Shown: positions 61,185 to 64,000 of the stretch, one piece after another
Layout of the letters: every line of letters starts with the position of its first letter
Numbering within the stretch: the first letter of the stretch is position 1
Assembly: GCA_900617105.1 (NCBI GenBank)
Contig: UYFQ01000001.1
Span: forward strand, 4,960,001 to 5,024,000
DNA: 64,000 nt
Source: Hydrurus foetidus
Lineage: Eukaryota
Direction of reading: 5' to 3'
The notes under the pieces: generated by a model
Seen by the model: only the letters and a program-made list of their open reading frames with translations
Told to the model about the DNA's origin: nothing
The model's database searches: none
Translations under genes and position numbers: made by a program

Positions 61185-62636
61185 CTATCGAGGTACCAAA
61201 AACACCGACTTTTCAACCACCTCATCAGAAGGTGTGTTTTGCGTGGCGATCACAAAGGAAATCGGCTGCGAGCCTGCAGTCATCCCAGGCGGCGCTTGCA
61301 CCCGCACAGGTACCCAGCGCGAGCTCGCGGCGTCCACCAGCACAACCGAATCGGGTACAACCTGTGCCCCTTCCAGCCCAGCCACCCGAATCGCGTAGGT
61401 CTGCGCCTGTTCAGTCGCATTCATGATTTGCAGACGGTAAACGTTTTCAATCATGCCCTGCCCCACCGTGCGAGCAACAGAGCCACGGTCGCGCTGCACA
61501 TCCACCTTAAAATTGGCACGCGCAAAAAGGCTCCACAACATGCCGATGGTGATCGCACTGAGCACTGCGGTGTAGACCAGCACGCGCGGCCTGAAGACCC
61601 GCTTGAACATTTGCGTTTGGCTTGATTTTTGCGCGATGGCGTTTTCGGTGCTGTTGCGAATCAGCCCACGCGAGTACTGCATCTTGTCCATGACGCCGTC
61701 GCACACGTCAATACACGCCGAGCAGCTGATGCACTCATACTGCAAGCCATTACGGATGTCGATACCGGTTGGGCACACCTGTACACACAAGCCGCAGTCA
61801 ATGCAGTCACCCAAGCCCTTGGCGTGATACTGGGCTGGGGTGTCGCTGCGCGGGCGTGAGCCCCTACCCTCACCGCGCTCAACGTCGTATGTCACGGTCA
61901 GTGTGTCGCGGTCAAACATGGCGCTTTGAAAGCGTGCATACGGGCACATGTACTTGCACACCTGTTCACGCATCCAGCCTGCATTGCCATAAGTGGCAAA
62001 ACCATAAAACAGCACCCAGAACAATTCCCATGGCCCCAACCCAAAACTGAGCACTTCACCAGCCAGTTGTTTGATCGGCGTGAAGTAACCAACAAAAGTA
62101 AAACCCGTCCACAAGCCAATCGCTATCCACACCGCTTGCTTAGCACCTTTGCGGGCTATTTTTTTCAAACCCCACGGTGATTTGTCTAGCCGCATGCGGC
62201 CGATGCGGTCGCCCTCAATCTTGCGCTCGACCCACATGAAAATTTCGGTGTACACGGTTTGCGGGCAGGTGTAGCCGCACCATAGCCGCCCTGCAATGGC
62301 AGTGAACAAGAACAGTGACAGTGCGCTGATGACGAGCAAACCCGTGAGATAAATCAGGTCCTGCGGGTACAGCACCAGATTAAAGATATAAAAGCGACGT
62401 GATGCCAAGTCAAACAGCATGGCTTGCCGACCGTTGATAGACAACCACGGCAGGCCGTAAAACACGAGCTGCGTCGCAAACACCATGGCCCAGCGCCAGC
62501 GGTTGAACCAGCCCGACACACTGCGCGCGTAAATTTTTGGGTCAGACAGATACAGCGATGCGACGCTCGACGAGTCGTCAACCGCTATGGCAATCACTTT
62601 TCGCGGACTGTTTGTCATGTCAGCGCTGGTCTGCAC
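61185..62636 (-). CDS. ccoG: cbb3 oxidase accessory protein CcoG/FixG
   Basis: WCGYTCPQT, CPY, CIDCGLCVQVCP, CISCSACIDVC. Confidence 0.96.
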   Translation of the reverse strand: MQTSADMTNSPRKVIAIAVDDSSSVASLYLSDPKIYARSVSGWFNRWRWAMVFATQLVFYGLPWLSINGRQAMLFDLASRRFYIFNLVLYPQDLIYLTGLLVISALSLFLFTAIAGRLWCGYTCPQTVYTEIFMWVERKIEGDRIGRMRLDKSPWGLKKIARKGAKQAVWIAIGLWTGFTFVGYFTPIKQLAGEVLSFGLGPWELFWVLFYGFATYGNAGWMREQVCKYMCPYARFQSAMFDRDTLTVTYDVERGEGRGSRPRSDTPAQYHAKGLGDCIDCGLCVQVCPTGIDIRNGLQYECISCSACIDVCDGVMDKMQYSRGLIRNSTENAIAQKSSQTQMFKRVFRPRVLVYTAVLSAITIGMLWSLFARANFKVDVQRDRGSVARTVGQGMIENVYRLQIMNATEQAQTYAIRVAGLEGAQVVPDSVVLVDAASSRWVPVRVQAPPGMTAGSQPISFVIATQNTPSDEVVEKSVFLVPR

Positions 62637-62645
62637 TATGGCTTT

Positions 62646-63602
62646 TTATGGTGTTTTCACGGCCGCAGATGAAGCGCTTGCAACCGTGCTTTGCGACAAA
62701 CTCAGTACATATGCGGCCACCACATGAATTTGCTCGGCCGATAGCTTGGGCGACTGAGCAGGCATGACGTTGTTTTTACCGTTCTTGATGGCGCTGACGA
62801 TTGCGGCCTCGCCCCAGCCATGCAGCCAGTAGTTGTCTGTCAGGTTAGGCGCGCCGAGCGCTTTATTGCCTTTGCCGTCCAGACCATGACAAGCCGCACA
62901 GGCAGCGAACTTCGCCTTTCCGCCAAAGGCTTTAATTTCGTTGTGCGGGCTGCCCGACAACGACAGCACATAGTTGGCAACGTCGCTTATCTCAGGGTCA
63001 CCGCCAATCGCTGCACCCATTGGCGGCATCAAGCCCGTACGGCCGTTGGTGACGGTTTGCACGATGTGCGCAGCATCTCGCTCGCCCAGCCACGCCGCGT
63101 TGGCGTTGGTCAAGTTAGGAAAGCCCTTACTGCCGCCGCCGTCAGAGCCGTGGCATTGCGAGCAATTGTTCATGAAAAGCCTTTCCCCGACGGCCAATGC
63201 GCGCTTGTCCTTAGCCAGGTCGTCAACGCTCTGCGCAGCAAATGCCGCGTACAACGGTGCGACTTGAGCGCGAAGCTGCGTCACGTCTTGCTGGTGTTCA
63301 GCTTCAGTTGACCAGTTGGCCAAACCTTTGAAGCTGCCCAAACCGGGAAACACCACCAGATAAACCAGCGCAAACACAATGGTCAAAATGAACAGCCACA
63401 ACCACCAGCGCGGCAAGGGGTTGTTGTACTCGCGCAGATTACCGTCCCACACATGGCCCGTCGTGTTGTCATCGGCTTTGCCGGCGTGCGGCACAACGGT
63501 AGCCTTGCCCGCCAGATACAACAGCAAGCCACAAGCCAGCACCGACACCAGGCTGATGGCCGCGACATACCAGGGCCAGAATCCATTGACGAAATCACTC
63601 AT
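62646..63602 (-). CDS. ccoP: cbb3 oxidase subunit III
   Basis: TTGHVWDG, NNPLPRWW, CSQCH, CAACH. Confidence 0.97.
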   Translation of the reverse strand: MSDFVNGFWPWYVAAISLVSVLACGLLLYLAGKATVVPHAGKADDNTTGHVWDGNLREYNNPLPRWWLWLFILTIVFALVYLVVFPGLGSFKGLANWSTEAEHQQDVTQLRAQVAPLYAAFAAQSVDDLAKDKRALAVGERLFMNNCSQCHGSDGGGSKGFPNLTNANAAWLGERDAAHIVQTVTNGRTGLMPPMGAAIGGDPEISDVANYVLSLSGSPHNEIKAFGGKAKFAACAACHGLDGKGNKALGAPNLTDNYWLHGWGEAAIVSAIKNGKNNVMPAQSPKLSAEQIHVVAAYVLSLSQSTVASASSAAVKTP

Positions 63603-63763
63603 GGCTGTGGCTCCCCATCCTTGTTTGTCAAATGGTCAAAAGGTAATTGCGCGGCTTCGTCAAATCCCGCTTTGCGTTCAGGCCGGTACGCCCATACAAA
63701 TATGCCGACAAACAGCACAAAACTAAAGGCTGTCACCAAGCTGCGAAGAATATTGATGTCCAT
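63599..63763 (-). CDS. ccoQ: cbb3 oxidase subunit CcoQ (54 aa, absent from the ORF track)
   Basis: MDINILRSLVTAFSFVLFVGIFVWAYRPERKAGFDEAAQLPF…; AGGAG SD; ATGA overlap with ccoP. Confidence 0.92.
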   Translation of the reverse strand: MDINILRSLVTAFSFVLFVGIFVWAYRPERKAGFDEAAQLPFDHLTNKDGEPQP

Positions 63764-63777
63764 GTTTTGTCTCCTCC

Positions 63778-64000
63778 TTACTTCAGCGCCAGGCCCAAGC
63801 CCTGCAAATACGCTATCAATGCGTCCAGCTCGGTCTTGCCCTTGACCTCATCCGGTGCGGCGGCAATCTGTGCATCGGTGTAAGGCACGCCGACGCGTCG
63901 CAGGGCCGTCATGTGAGCGGAAATGGACGCGTGGTCGGCTGGCGCTTTCTCCAGCCATGGGTAGGCGGGCATGATGGACTCGGGTACCAAGTCACGCGGT
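63778..64000 (-). CDS. ccoO: cbb3 oxidase subunit II (3' part only)
   Basis: VPESIMPAYPWL, VGVPY, ALIAYLQGLG. Confidence 0.95.
   Translation of the reverse strand, partial: PRDLVPESIMPAYPWLEKAPADHASISAHMTALRRVGVPYTDAQIAAAPDEVKGKTELDALIAYLQGLGLALK

Overview
Chromosomal window from a Betaproteobacterium, most likely Comamonadaceae (Polaromonas-like; inferred from gene order and protein style). Core blocks: apt, typA-truB-rbfA-infB-nusA-rimP, yejABEF/fabI, tRNA-Pro(GGG)-merR-ihfA-pheTS-rplT-rpmI-infC-thrS, aceA, a ~17.5 kb gamma-glutamyl polyamine/agmatine catabolism cluster, and fnr plus the cbb3 oxidase genes. Accessory DNA: VapBC with an atypical desaturase, an AbrB/Doc toxin-antitoxin pair, a secreted-type ATP-dependent DNA ligase, and a decayed island next to the tRNA-Pro 3' end (truncated DUF6516 toxin-like gene, nested IS3/IS66/IS3). 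The main unannotated signal is a dispersed ~54-bp (18-codon) imperfectly palindromic repeat, GCTAt-N9-AGCTGCTyGCGCCCGTATtyATTGGGCTAsAG, with 13 clear and about 3 degenerate copies. Copies lie between genes, in terminators, and in frame inside truB, yejF, a DMT transporter, the ligase N-terminus and probably pheS, in three different reading frames. In truB and yejF it appears to replace normal protein sequence rather than add to it (based on E. coli sequences recalled from memory, so it needs alignment). Also found: a Thr-containing leader peptide with a terminator upstream of thrS, a shared candidate GabR operator across the polyamine cluster, and several operator palindromes. All calls were made by eye; no searches were run.
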